Source of the DNA: Octopus sinensis
Taxonomy: Eukaryota
Assembly: GCF_006345805.1 (NCBI RefSeq)
Contig: NC_043021.1
Coordinates: 5,518,001 to 5,582,000 of the forward strand
Length of the DNA stretch: 64,000 nucleotides
Direction: 5' to 3'
Below are positions 11,900 to 24,186 of the stretch, one piece after another. Numbering within the stretch: position 1 is the first letter of the stretch; each line of letters starts with the position of its first letter. The position numbers and the translations under genes are program-made. The notes under the pieces are model-generated. The model did not search any database and was not told the DNA's origin. It saw only the letters and a list, made by a program, of their open reading frames with translations.

Positions 11900-12330
11900 C
11901 TTCATACTCTTGCTTGATGGCACTGGGGTCATTCCAAGTTAGTGGTCCCAGAGGTGTCATCATAAGTAGAGTTGACCAGGTCCACCAGTGCTCTCCGTCA
12001 CTGGCAGCCCTTTGCCAGCCCTTTTACATCCTCCAAGATGATGTCAAGACTTGGATGGGAGTTAGAACAATATTTAATTCCATACTGGAATTGGTGGAAC
12101 TTGCCCTCACCTTAGACCAAGAGAGGTGGATATGATTAGTAAAAATATTCAGGTACTCCAATGACAAAAATTTGACTTGTATTCTCTTTCTTGTTCATTG
12201 ACTGTACCCTCTGACATCTCATCACCTCCATCTCACTTTTTTCCATTTGGGGCAGCCATGTATCTCCTCTACAGAAAAACACCTGTTCTTGTCCCTATGT
12301 CATACTTTTTAACCTCTCATCTAGGACCCT
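11900..12330 (-). mobile_element. Heavily decayed LINE (RTE-like) C-terminal fragment
   Basis: Broken frames give KKVRWR**DV, GLR*GQVPPIPVW and EDVKGLAKGCQ*RRALVDLVNST, resembling RLRW.GHV / GRP...W / LA.DR..WR.LV. Confidence 0.45.
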
Positions 12331-13032
12331 ATGGAGGAGGTGGCTGGGGATTGTACCCCTCATAATCTTCCCAGGAATAGTGAGTGGAGAAGATGGGTGA
12401 TCAGAAAATCCACCACGACCTCCACCACCTTCACATATGTATATCTTTTTTCTTGTTTACATCAGAGAAAGATACAGACATCATAAAGAAAAACATTAAA
12501 ATGCTGGTGCTTTTTGAATATAGTCCCTTGAGGTAGTTACTTTGCACCAAGTTACACAGACACTCCTTTGTCAGGCTCAGCACTACAGAATGCAAACTAA
12601 TGAGACTATGGTTGGTTAATTACAATATAAAATATATATAAAATACATAACTGGTCATCTATGTGTCATACTGAAAGTCATGATGCATTAGGTATGATAT
12701 ATAGATGGCTAATTTAATTCAACACTGCTTTGATTCTGTACACCCAGTTTTAGTTCAGCCTGACAGCTAATCATAGTATCTATAAATTCATTATTCACTC
12801 TTTCGTATATCAGAGGTGGGGAAAATGTCATCTAGGCACATGGCTGACTGTAAGTAAACATCATTGATAAGGTGCAGCTAAGTTGAAATGCATCTGGTTT
12901 CCTCTCTGAGAGATGCTGCGATAATTTTTCATCTACTGCTGATTTATATTGTGCTTTTGACTCAGCATGTCCAAATGAGATTTTTATCTCAGATAAAAGC
13001 CCAGCATCTTGCCTGTCAACAGTGTATAAACA

Positions 13033-13632
13033 TTAACCCTTTAGCATTTAAACTGGCCATGTCCAACCAAAATATTTTACCCATTTTAGGCTTAAACCAG
13101 CCAAATCCTGCCTCTCACAATTCCCCTTTATTATGATTCTAAAAGCAACCAACCATGTCATTGGAATCTCAAAGCTGTGAGGTGATGCATGATTGATTCA
13201 AAACAATACTCTTACTCCTTTACTTGTTTCAGTCATTTGACTGTGGCCATGCTGGAGCACCGCCTTTAGTCGAGGAAATCGACCCCCAGGACTTATTCTT
13301 TGTAAGCCTAGTACTTATTCTATCGGTCTCTTTTGCCGAACCGCTAAGTTACGGGGATGTAAACACACCAGCATCAGATGTCAAGCAATACTAGGGGGAC
13401 AAGCACAGACACACAAACACACACGCAAAAATATATATATATATATATACACATATATACAGTGGGCTTCTTTCAGTTTCCATCTACTAAATCTACTCAC
13501 AAGGCTTTGGTCGGCCCGAGGCTATAGTAGAAGACACTTGCCCAAAGCGCCACGCAGTGGGACTGAACCCGGAACCATGTGGTTGGTAAGCAAGCTACTT
13601 ACCACACAGCCTCTCCTGCAATGTGAATAAAT
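13033..13632. mobile_element. piggyBac-type MITE split by a family B SINE
   Basis: ttaaccctttagcattt...aaacaat [SINE] gtgaataaat, continuing the sequence seen at 26640-26670. Confidence 0.65.
13212..13619 (-). mobile_element. SINE family B, young copy inserted into a MITE
   Basis: High similarity to 5507-5933; the MITE sequence resumes on the far side. Confidence 0.88.
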
Positions 13633-13642
13633 CCACACTACA

Positions 13643-13975
13643 TTTGAGAGAGTGAAGGCAAGTGGCTTAGTGGTTAGTTCGTTTGGCTCAAAATTGTTAG
13701 GTCAAGAGTTTGATTCCCATTTGCATGTTCACCTTGAGCAAGACACTTCATCTCATGTTGTCCCAGTCCACTCAGCTGGTAAAAATGAGTTATACCTGTA
13801 ATTGACTGGAGCAGCCCTGTCTCGTTTGATATATCATTTTGGATCTCCCTGAGAACAATGTTAAAGATACATGTGTGTGGAATACTCGGCTACTTGCACT
13901 TTAATTTCATGAGCAAGCTGTTTGGTTGGTCTGATCAACTGGAACACTTGTCCTTGCAACTGACAGAGAGTGCCA
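13643..13975 (+). mobile_element. tRNA-derived SINE family H
   Basis: gaaggcaagtggcttagtggttag head, cttgagcaagacactt core. Confidence 0.7.
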
Positions 13976-13976
13976 A

Positions 13977-14092
13977 CCACATGAAATAAAGTGTCTTGCT
14001 CAAGGTCAACACGCAGCTGGGAATCACTCATGACCTTACAATTGCCAGCCAAATGAACTAACCACTAAGCCACATGCCTTCACTCTCTCAAA
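13977..14092 (-). mobile_element. SINE family H head, inverted relative to 13643
   Basis: Reverse complement aligns to 13643-13760. Confidence 0.7.
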
Positions 14093-14399
14093 TCATCATC
14101 ATCATTGTTTAACGTCCGTTCTCCATGCTAGCATGGGTTGGACGGTTCGACCGGGGTCTGGGAAGCCAGGAGGCTGCACCAGGCTCCAGTCTGATCTGGC
14201 AGTGTTTCTACAGCTGAATGCCCTTCCTAATGCCAACCACTTCGAGAGTGTAGTGGATGCTTTTTACGTGCCACCTGCACAGTTGCCAGTCAAGGCTGGC
14301 AAATGGCCACGGTCGGATGGTGCTTTTTATGTGCCACCGGCACGGGGGCCAGATGAGGCTGGCAACGGCCACGATCAGATGGTGCTTTTTACGTGCCAG
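14092..14399 (-). mobile_element. RTE-tail element (family A)
   Basis: Reverse copy with several GTGCCACCGGCAC hairpin motifs. Confidence 0.85.
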
Positions 14400-14610
14400 T
14401 TTTGAATTAATCATGCAGCATCTCATAGCTTTGAGATTTCAATGGTTGTTTGTTTTTAGAATGCGAATGGGTTAAGTGTGATATACATAGATGCTTATTA
14501 CGAGTTAATGTTACTTCCATAGAGTACCCTAGACACTCCGGTGATAGAGTACCTTGGACACTCCAGCAATAGAGTAGCCTGGATTCTCTATTGATTTATA
14601 AATATGATCA

Positions 14611-14869
14611 CTGTGCCGGTGGCACGTAAAATGCACCATCCGATTGTGGCCGTTTGCCAGCCTCGTCTGGCACGTAAAAAGCACCCACTACACTCACGGA
14701 GTGGTTGGCGTTAGGAAGGGTATCCAGCTGTAGAAACACTGCCAGATCAGACTGGAGCCTGGTGCAGCCTTCTGGCTTCCCAGACCCCAGTTGAACTGTC
14801 CAACCCGTGCTAGCATGGAAAGTGGATGCTAAACGAAGATGATTATGATGATGATGATGATGATGATGA
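14611..14869 (+). mobile_element. RTE-tail element (family A)
   Basis: Near-consensus copy with (GAT)n tail. Confidence 0.85.
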
Positions 14870-14949
14870 GTCCTAGCATAAGTTTAAGGCTGCAAACTGT
14901 TTTGCAGAAAAGCAATGTAGGCATTATATAAATGTCTGTATTTGGCTGC

Positions 14950-15290
14950 TACTTTATTTTATCATCCAGGAAAGATAAACGGTTCAGACGACCTTGGTAG
15001 GGTTTGAACTCAGAATGTAAAGATGCAAAGCATTTTGTTAAATATTCTAACAATTCTGCCAGTGCTATACCCTTAATTTTTTAACAAAGTCGCAAACCAC
15101 AGAGTTGGAGGTGTGTGTGTGGGGGAGGGGAATAGACAATTAAATTGTACTTCATTAGTACTTTATTTTATCAATCCCGGAAGTGTTTAAAGCAAAGTTG
15201 CCATTGAAGGGGCTTGAACTTGGAATATGAAGGACCCCAATTAAATAACTGCATAGTATTTCATCCACCTGCACTCATATCAGCTGTGCC
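14950..15290 (-). mobile_element. Two old family C-related SINE remnants (about 14950-15065 and 15145-15290)
   Basis: tactttattttatc...gtttgaactcagaatg motifs. Confidence 0.5.
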
Positions 15291-16137
15291 ATCTAACGAA
15301 CTTCAAGTTAATTGCAATTACAACTAATTGAAATATCCTAACTTAATTAGCGGGTAGGATAGGGGTGGGGTGTGTCTGGTTTGATGATGGTGGTGGTGTT
15401 AATGAAATGATTGCAAAGTTCTACTTGTCTTTCCCCCCCCACACCTAAACACCACTGCAACACCACCATCTCCTCCACCACTGTCTGCACCTCACTACAC
15501 CACACCGCATTTCATTACGTACACCAAACCACACGTTGGTTGCGGCAGCACCATACCTGACATTCATCCCCCATGCCCCATCCCACCCGCACCCCCGCTC
15601 CACACACCCATCTCATCTCATCTTACCCACCATTGCACTCCACCCACACCCCCACACCTTGATTTATTTTGAGGTAGTATTTCCACATTTCTGAACAGCT
15701 GAAGTCATTTGATGTGGTAATGGTGGTGGTGGTGGTGGTGGTAGAGGGGTGGTGGTGGTGGTGGTGGTAGGGGTGGTGGTGATGGTTGTAGTAGTGGTGG
15801 GGTAGAGTAGAGTGGAGCAGTGATGGTGGTGGTGGTGGTAGTGGTGGAGGAGAATGGCAATGCTGTTTATATTTGCACCAAGCACCCTTACTGCTACCCC
15901 ACCATCGCAGTCACCATCATGAGCAACAACTAGTCCCCTTACATGGCCAACTGACCTGCTAAAAATAGCAGCCAACCTATCATATATAGAGAAAAAAGGG
16001 GAGAAAGACACATTAGATTAAATGATGATATAGTCCCAGACACAGTGTTCTGATAAAAAAAAAAAAAAATGAAGATGGGATGGTCATGGTTGGAATAACT
16101 TTGATCATAGGTTTACTTGATGAATTTTGATCTATGA

Positions 16138-16837
16138 ACAAGCGTGGCTGTGTAGCTAAGTTGCTCACTTTTTGTAACTACATGGTTTTAGGTTCAATCC
16201 CTCTGCAGGGCACTTTGGGCAAATGTTTTGTACTCTGACTCTGGGTTGATCAATGCCTTGTAGGTGATTTTAGTAGATGGGAATTGTGTGTGTGTGTCCT
16301 CTAGCTGTTTTATAACTGATGTTGGTTTGTTTACATTCAGTAGCTTAGTTCAGCCTAAGAGTTCAATGGAATGAGTAACAGACTTAAAAAATATAAATAT
16401 TAGGGTTGGCGTGTTCAACTAAACCCTTCAAGTTAGTGCCCCAGCATGGCCACAGTCCAAAGACTAAAACAAAGATAAAAAGGAACTACAACAATCTAGG
16501 GACAGACATGGCTGTGTGGTAAGAAGCTTGCTTCCCAATTTCATGGTTCCAAGTTCAGTCCCACTGCATGGTACCTTGGGCAAGTGTCTTCTACTATAGC
16601 CCTGGGCTAACCAAGGCCTTGCAAGTGGATTTGGTTGATGGAAACTGAAAGAAGCCTGTCGTGTATGTCTGTCTGTCTGTCTGTGTTTATCCCCCAGCAC
16701 TGCTTGACAACTGGTGTTGGTGTGTTTATGTCCCTTAACTCAGCAGTTTGGCAAAAGAGACAGGTAGAATATGCACCTGGCTTTACAAATAAATAATAAG
16801 TCCTGGGAGTCAATAAGTTCGACTAAACTTCTTCAAG
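16138..16837 (+). mobile_element. Two tandem SINE family B copies (16138-16482 old; 16500-16837)
   Basis: Both show the head, CORE-like block and 3' module. Confidence 0.75.
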
Positions 16838-17060
16838 ATAAAAGTGTTGATGGCTACAACCATCAACACCGTCACTACCACCAGCAATAACACCAACACC
16901 CCAATCCTCCACCTATTCACCCCCTACCATCCCCATTAATATAAACCTTCTCTACCACCACCACCACCACTTTCACCCTCCCACATCCCCTGCTCTACTA
17001 TCAAACCTGTCCTTTTACCTATATTTTCCACCTACACTATATATATATACATACATATAT

Positions 17061-17165
17061 ATCATCATCATCATCATCATCATCGTTTAGCGTCCGTTTT
17101 CCATGCTAGCATGGGTTGGACGGTTCTACTGGGGTCTGTGAAGCCAGAAGGCTTCATCAGGCCCA
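17061..17165 (-). mobile_element. RTE-tail element (family A), truncated at a TA tract
   Basis: (CAT)n-cgtttagcgtccgttttccatgctagcatgggttggacgg. Confidence 0.8.
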
Positions 17166-17284
17166 TACATATATATATGTATGTATATACATACACACAT
17201 ATATATATAATGTGTGTGTATATACATACATATATATATATGTATGTATATACATATATTATATATAATATATATATATATATG

Positions 17285-17315
<31 letters not shown>

Positions 17316-18045
17316 GTTATTATATATAATATATATATATATGTATGTATATACATATATATATATGTATGTATATACATATATATATAGGTATGTATAT
17401 ACATATATATATATGTATGTATATACTATATATATATGTATATACATACATATATATATATGTATGTATATACACATATATATGTATGTATATACATACA
17501 TATATATATATATGTATATACACATATATATGTATGTATATATATATATATAATGTATATACATTATATATATATGTATGTATATACATATATATATATG
17601 TATGTATATACATATATATATATGTATATACATACATATATATATATATGTATGTATATACACATATATATGTATGTATATACATACATATATATATATA
17701 TGTATATACACATATATATGTATGTATATACATATATATATATATGTATATACATATATATATATGTATGTATATACATATATATATATATGTATGTATA
17801 TACATATATATATATATGTATGTATATACATATATATATATATATGTATGTATATACATATATATATATATGTATGTATATACATATATATATATATATG
17901 TATGTATATACATATATATATGTGTGTGTATGTATATACATATATATATGTGTGTGTATGTATATACATATATATATGTGTGTGTATGTATATACATTAT
18001 ATATATGTAAGTATGTATATACGTATATATATATATATATATATA
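17166..18045. repeat. ~880-bp (TA)-rich compound microsatellite
   Basis: Direct reading. Confidence 0.95.
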
Positions 18046-18173
18046 TTTATTATATAGAAGGAGCTTCTACAGGACTAGAACTGTTTCATTCAAGAGAAAT
18101 CTTCAGGGCTTCCTGAAGATTTCTCTTGAATGAAACAGTTCTAGTCCTGTAGAAGCTCCTTCTATATAATAAA
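18046..18173. mobile_element. Perfect 62-bp-arm palindrome, Penelope-like remnant
   Basis: Arms 18046-18107 and 18112-18173 are exact reverse complements; 4-nt loop GCTT. Confidence 0.85.
18108..18156 (+). ncRNA. Minimal type I hammerhead ribozyme motif
   Basis: GCUUC-CUGAAGA-U(UUC ucuu GAA)U-GAA(ACAG uucuaguc CUGU)A^-GAAGC: 5-bp helix I, canonical core, GUA triplet. Confidence 0.65.
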
Positions 18174-18239
18174 TTATTTTACTCTGCTATGTATTGAGTA
18201 CCTTATTTACTGTGGTTAACCCCGAATCAACCCGGGACC

Positions 18240-18278
<39 letters not shown>

Positions 18279-18390
18279 CATCTCCTCTCACTCACTATCT
18301 CTTATTTACTCTCCCTTTTTCTTACATTCTTTCCTTATCCTGGACCACAGTAGCTAGGCTGCTGAGACATCATACACACCAACATCAACC

Positions 18391-18439
<49 letters not shown>

Positions 18440-18659
18440 CCATCACCATCAACAGTGTTTCAAATGCTAAAGTTACTTAACTACTCAGCAGGCTGTCTCC
18501 ACCCAAATGTTGCTTCTTTTTCTCTCTCACTCTCTCCCTCTTCCCTTTCACCTTCTCAATTTTGTTTTCCTGTCTCCCTTTTATCTTCATCTCTGTGTCT
18601 CTATCTCTCCTAATCATCCTCCCTTTCTACTATCCCACCATCTCTCTCTTTCTCTCTGT

Positions 18660-19000
18660 CTGTCTGTCCGTCCATCCGTCCATCTATCCATCTATCTATC
18701 TACCTACCTACCTGTCCATCCATCCTCCATCCATCCATCTATCCATCTATCTACCTACCTACCTCTCCATCCATCCATCCATCTATCTATCTACCTGTCC
18801 ATCCATCCATCCATCCATCTATCTATCCATCCATCCATCCATCTATCTATCTATCTACCTACCTACCTGTCCATCCATCCATCCATCCATCCATCCATCC
18901 ATCTATCTATCTATCCATCTATCTATCTATCTATCTACCTGTCCATCCATCCATCCATCCATCCATCCATCCATCCATCCATCCATCCATCTATCTATCT
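18660..19000. repeat. (TCCA)n/(TCTA)n compound microsatellite
   Basis: Direct reading. Confidence 0.95.
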
Positions 19001-19368
19001 GACATTCATCCCTTTTTCCACCCACCCCTCCTTTCCTCATTCTATCATTCTTCTTCCTGTCTTCTTCATTCTCTCCATCTTTGTTTCTCTCGCCTCCCAT
19101 TTCTTTTCTTTTTTTCTGTTCCAAAATATTTCATTTCCTAGATTTCGTTTGATTTTTTTTTTATTATAACAGAACTAGGATGGTGGTGGTGGTGGTGACG
19201 GATGTTGTATTCCTGTAACCTGTGTATAAATAACTGGCTAGTTTAGCTATCTTTAGGTAGGTAGGGAGGTAGGTAGATCCAAGGTGAGGGATGGGTAAAG
19301 TAGACAGCTAGAACTTATATGATTTGTATGGGTAGCAATGTTGGGCAGTATAGGTAGGTAGAAAGTCT

Positions 19369-19595
19369 TTAACCCTTTAGTGTTCTGATTATTCTATCAA
19401 ACATAATACTTATTGATTCCCATTGATTCGAATTAATCATGCATTTTCTCATATCTTCAAGATCTTGATGGTGTAATTACTTAATGTAGAATAACATTGT
19501 AGGGTAGGTGTGAGAGCCTGGATCTGGTCAGTTTGAACATAAAACAGATTAAATATTTTGGCCGGATATGGCCGGCTTAAATACTAAAGGGTTAA
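19369..19595. mobile_element. piggyBac-type MITE, complete
   Basis: TTAA|CCCTTTAG ... CTAAAGGG|TTAA; TTAA duplication with CCC/GGG ends is the piggyBac signature. Confidence 0.85.
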
Positions 19596-19619
19596 AGGTA
19601 CACAAATAGTAAGATACTT

Positions 19620-20020
19620 AGGTAGTGGAGAGACTCATGGATTCATAGAAAAACAGTTTAGTAGATAAATGCAGAGAAAGACAGATTGCTTAGTAGAGAA
19701 ATAAGCAGAAACTCAAATAGCTTTAGGAGACAAATATAGAGGTAGACAGATAGTTTGAGACAACTATATAGGTAGGTACGTAGTTAAGGAGAAAGATATG
19801 CAGGTTGATAGTTTAAAAGACAAATGCATAGATAGATAAATAGATGGTAAATATGTAGGTAAATAGAGGGTTTTAGTAAGACAAATATACAGGTAAACTG
19901 ATAGTTCAGCAGACAGATATACAGGTAGAGAATCTTGGGAAACAAGTATACAGGTAGACAGTTTTAGGAGATAGATATATGGCTAGACAATTTTGGGAGA
20001 CAAATATACTGGTAGACAGT
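19620..20020. repeat. Degenerate ~30-bp purine-rich minisatellite (gagacaaatatacaggtagacagttt)
   Basis: About a dozen imperfect units. Confidence 0.7.
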
Positions 20021-20277
20021 TTTTTTTCCTGTTGGTGTCATATTATAAAGATTGTAAATGAGAGGTGTCAGGGTTGCTATAGTAATTATTTTTTTAATAT
20101 TTTCTGCTTAAATATGAAGGTATTGCTAGTGAGAGGTTTTACATAATTCAGGTTACCTTAGATGGGTGGACGGATAGTTCAGACAGGCACCCACATGGAT
20201 AGACAAAGATGTGGGTGGCTAGATAGATAGATAGATAGATGATGACTTATGTATATATATATGTGTGTGTGTGTGTC

Positions 20278-20320
<43 letters not shown>

Positions 20321-20747
20321 GCATTCAGACAGACAGATGGATGAATAAATGGATGGATGTATAGGTTAAATACACAAGTTTGTAAATAGCAAGGAATGCT
20401 AAGAGATAAAGATCTTGTGATAAATAGGGAGGTATGTTTGTAGATCTAGAGATACAGCGATTACATATTTGTATCATAAATATCATAAATATCATTACGT
20501 CAAACATGCACCACGTGTGTTTGTGTGTGTATGGAGTCTGCTTGAATAAGCAAAGAATCCTTTGAGTTCGCATGGGAGAGGAAAGGGTCAGGTGGGTGTG
20601 ACATTCATGGTTTTTTTTTCTCAAGGACGTCAAAAGTTAATGTCAGCCAATCTACTCCAGGTAGGAATTGAAACTGGGTTACAGAATTGGCAGCCTGTCT
20701 AGTTCATATCACATTACAGTGCACGTGTTACACACGTACACATGTAT

Positions 20748-20799
<52 letters not shown>

Positions 20800-20937
20800 G
20801 AGCAAACGCCCCCCCCCCAATGGACAGTGCTGAGTTGTCAACATTTAAACCAAATTTTCTCAAAACAACTTGTCCGACCCTCCCATAGGCCTCCCCTTTG
20901 AGAAACACTGATTTAACCTAAATTTGAGACACCAGCA

Positions 20938-21170
20938 AAAGACTGATCTCGACTGATGTACTTGCATGTACAAATGCATGTTCCCACGGCTTTATCGAGC
21001 GCATTCTCACCTGGAATAGATTTTTTGTAATTTTTTTCAAGACTTATACACGCCCTGATACCGTCAGTATCTACATTTCAAATTTGAGCACAATCGGATG
21101 GAGGATGCCCGAGATCCTACAAGACACACACAGTGATAGACAGAACGGATTTTATATAATAGATATATAT
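20938..21170 (+). mobile_element. Possible Helentron-associated (HINE/DINE-like) non-autonomous element end
   Basis: caaatttgagcacaatcggatgg...acacacaca...ttttatataatagat resembles such 3' ends as I recall them. Confidence 0.3.
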
Positions 21171-21184
21171 ATATGATGGATTCT

Positions 21185-21469
21185 CCCATCAAAGGTGACA
21201 TGTGAGTATTCGGCTCTTTTGCCAAATGACTTGCACAAATGATTGTTTATGGTGATGAAATGTATGTGCTGCACATTAGTCCACTCCCTCTATCAAATTG
21301 ATATTACCTGAACAGGTGCATGGTGTACCACGTGTCGGGTGCCGAAGTGATCACAGAGCAACGTGACATGAAGTGTTTTGCCTATGAACACAAGGTATTA
21401 CTCAGTCTAGGAATTGAAATCACGATCGCTTGATCATCAGTTCAACACCCTAACCACTAGGCCATGTGC
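21185..21469 (-). mobile_element. SINE family H-related copy
   Basis: ggcacatggcctagtggttagggtgttg head on the minus strand. Confidence 0.65.
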
Positions 21470-21480
21470 CCCCCTCCCCT

Positions 21481-21536
<56 letters not shown>

Positions 21537-21587
21537 TGTAATAATGAAGTCAAGCCAAATAGCGATATTTTAAAATTGTATAAAATC

Positions 21588-21760
21588 ACCCACTACACTC
21601 TCGGAGTGGTTGGCGTTAGGAAGGGCATCCAGCTGTAGAAACACTGCCAGATCTGACTGGCCTGATGCAGCCTTCGGGCTCCCCAGACCCCAGTTGAACC
21701 GTCCAACCCATGCTAGCATGGAAAACGGACGCTAAATGATGATGATGATGATGATGATGA
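21588..21760 (+). mobile_element. RTE-tail element (family A)
   Basis: Consensus motifs plus tail. Confidence 0.85.
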
Positions 21761-21824
21761 TCATTTTATAAATATAATTTAAACGTTTTCAAAATATCAC
21801 TATTTGGTTTGACTTCATTTTGCT

Positions 21825-22088
21825 GAACTGCTAAGTCATGGGAACATATACAAACAAACTCTGGTTGTCAAGCAATAATGGGGGACAAATGTAAAGTTAC
21901 ACACATAGATATATACATATATATATTCAGGAACCTTCTTTCAGTTTCCATCTACCAAACCCTCTCACAAGGCTTTGGTTGGTCCAGGGCTATAGTAGAC
22001 AACACTTGCCCAAGGTGCCATGCAGTGGAACTGAACCCAGAACCATATAGTTTGGAAGTGAACTTCTTACCACACCACCGTGCCTGTG
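21825..22088 (-). mobile_element. SINE family B, 3'-incomplete
   Basis: cacttgcccaaggtgcc and ttctttcagtttccatctacc motifs. Confidence 0.75.
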
Positions 22089-22197
22089 AGTAACTCATTA
22101 GCAGTGTTAACATATTATGTATTATGTTTACCTCTAGTTTCATTTAACACACAATAGCTACTCACTTGACTGTGTAAAGTATTAACAATATATATAT

Positions 22198-22713
22198 GCC
22201 AGTGGCACTTAAAAGGCCCCATTCGAGCGTGATTGTTACCAGCATCGCCTTACTGGCACCTGTGCCGGTGGCACGTGTATAAAGATTCAAGTGAGATCAT
22301 TGCCAGTATCGCTGGACTGGCACCCATGCCGGTGGCACGTAAAAGCACCCACTACACTCTTGGAGTGGTTGGCGTTAGGAAGGGCATCCAGCTGTAGAAA
22401 CTCTACCAGATCAAGATTGGAGTCTGGTGCAGCCATCTGGTTCGCCAGCCCTCAGTCAAATCGTCCAACCCATGCTAGCATGGAAAGAGGATGTTAAACG
22501 ACGATGATGATGCTACATAAATGCACCTGTGCCAGTGGCATGTAAAAAGCACCCAGTTCAGTCTGTAAAACGGTTGGCATTAGGAAGAGCATCCAGCTGT
22601 AGAAACCATGCCACAACAGACAGTTAGTGTCTGGTCAGCAGGCCAGCTCCTGTCAAACCGTCCAGCCCATGCCAGCATGGAAAGCAGATGTTAAATAATG
22701 ATGATGATGATGA
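22198..22713 (+). mobile_element. Two head-to-tail RTE-tail elements (22198-22512 and 22521-22713)
   Basis: Each ends in ccatgc(t/c)agcatggaaag...gatgatg. Confidence 0.8.
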
Positions 22714-22952
22714 CATGAACATTTTGTGTGTCTATAAAGGTTTCTTTTCTCATCTCACTGCAGTGTCAATTAGATGTGTGTAGGGCAACAAATGGAAGCC
22801 ACATCAAACTGCACTAAAGTGCAACATAAGCCTTATTAGTTGGTCTCTCATTTAACATGTATATGAAATGTGTAGTGTTGCAAGTTACACTGGATAGGTT
22901 TGAAATCCCACCATGACTTTATGGACACTGTGTGTGTGTGTGTACTCTCTCT

Positions 22953-23349
22953 CTTTTACTCTTTTACTTGTTTCAGTCATTTGACTGCGGCCATGCTGGA
23001 GCACCGCCTTTACTCGAGCAAATCGACACCGGGACTTATTATTTGTAAGCCCAGTACTTATTCTATCGGTCTCTTTTGCCGAACCGCTAAGTGACGGGGA
23101 CGTAAACACACTAGCATCGGTTGTCAAGCAATGCTAGGGGGACAAACGTACGCACACACATATATATATATATATATACATATATACGACAAGCTTCTTT
23201 CAGTTTCCGTCTACCAAATCCACTCACAAGGCATTGGTCGGCCTGGGGCTATAGCAGAAGACACTTGCCCAAGATGCCACGCAGTGGGGCTGAACCCGGA
23301 ACCATGTGGTTGGTTAGCAAGTTACTTACCACACAGCCACTCCTGTGCC
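22953..23349 (-). mobile_element. SINE family B, full length
   Basis: Aligns end to end with 5507-5933. Confidence 0.88.
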
Positions 23350-24186
23350 TGTGTGTGTGTGTGTGTGTTTGATATTTTAATAGAAGTTAATATTAAGAAA
23401 AGACATAACTTTGTGTTTGTAAGCTCTTATCCAGAAGATCTCTGATCATAGATATTCCAGCTGTGAAGAATATTCCATCAGTTTAAAGGATGTTGTTTAC
23501 TAACCCATTATATAATATGTCCTCCAATTCTTATTTCTAAGAGAGTAGAATATAATTTGAGGGAGGTTTGGCTGTTGTTTATCTGTCTCACTTCAACGAT
23601 TTATCTACAATCTGTCACTGGCTACTTCCAGGAATTTATGTTTTGGAAATGGGAAGGAAAGCAGAAGAGATATTACCTCTTACTCTCTTTAATTCTCTCT
23701 CTCACTCTCTGTCTTTCTCTTTCTTCCTCACCTTTTCTCTCTTCCTTGTAATTCTGTCTGCACTTAACTCTTTCTTTCTAAACCACCCCCTCACTCAGCC
23801 ATTACCCTTTCTTCCTCCGATACGCCATTTCTCTCTTACATACACCCAGACACGCTTTTCTGGGACCCGTGAGATCAAGTAAATGATTACTGGTATATTT
23901 TGCAAAAGAAAAAAAAACACAAAAAAACCCCCTCTAAAAATGCCTGTTTTAACCAATCATCTGTCTACTCCACCCGGGGTAGAGCCTTCATGTACCCCTC
24001 CTTAGGGTCCTATCAGAAGCAATCATCATTAAGCCTTCCATCTGGATTTCTATGTATAACCAACCTATAGTTTATGTTTTAAAGTTAAAAATTCACCAAA
24101 AAATCAGTACAAAACCATTGCTTATTTCATTTCATTAGTCATAGTTGTGTTAAAACAAATTTAGATACATTTTTTAAAAAGGTTCT

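Noticed and set aside
17111-18116. Several 120-236-aa ORFs (YIYI/MYVY)
   Set aside because: Translations of a TA-rich microsatellite that happens to lack stops; open in many frames on both strands.
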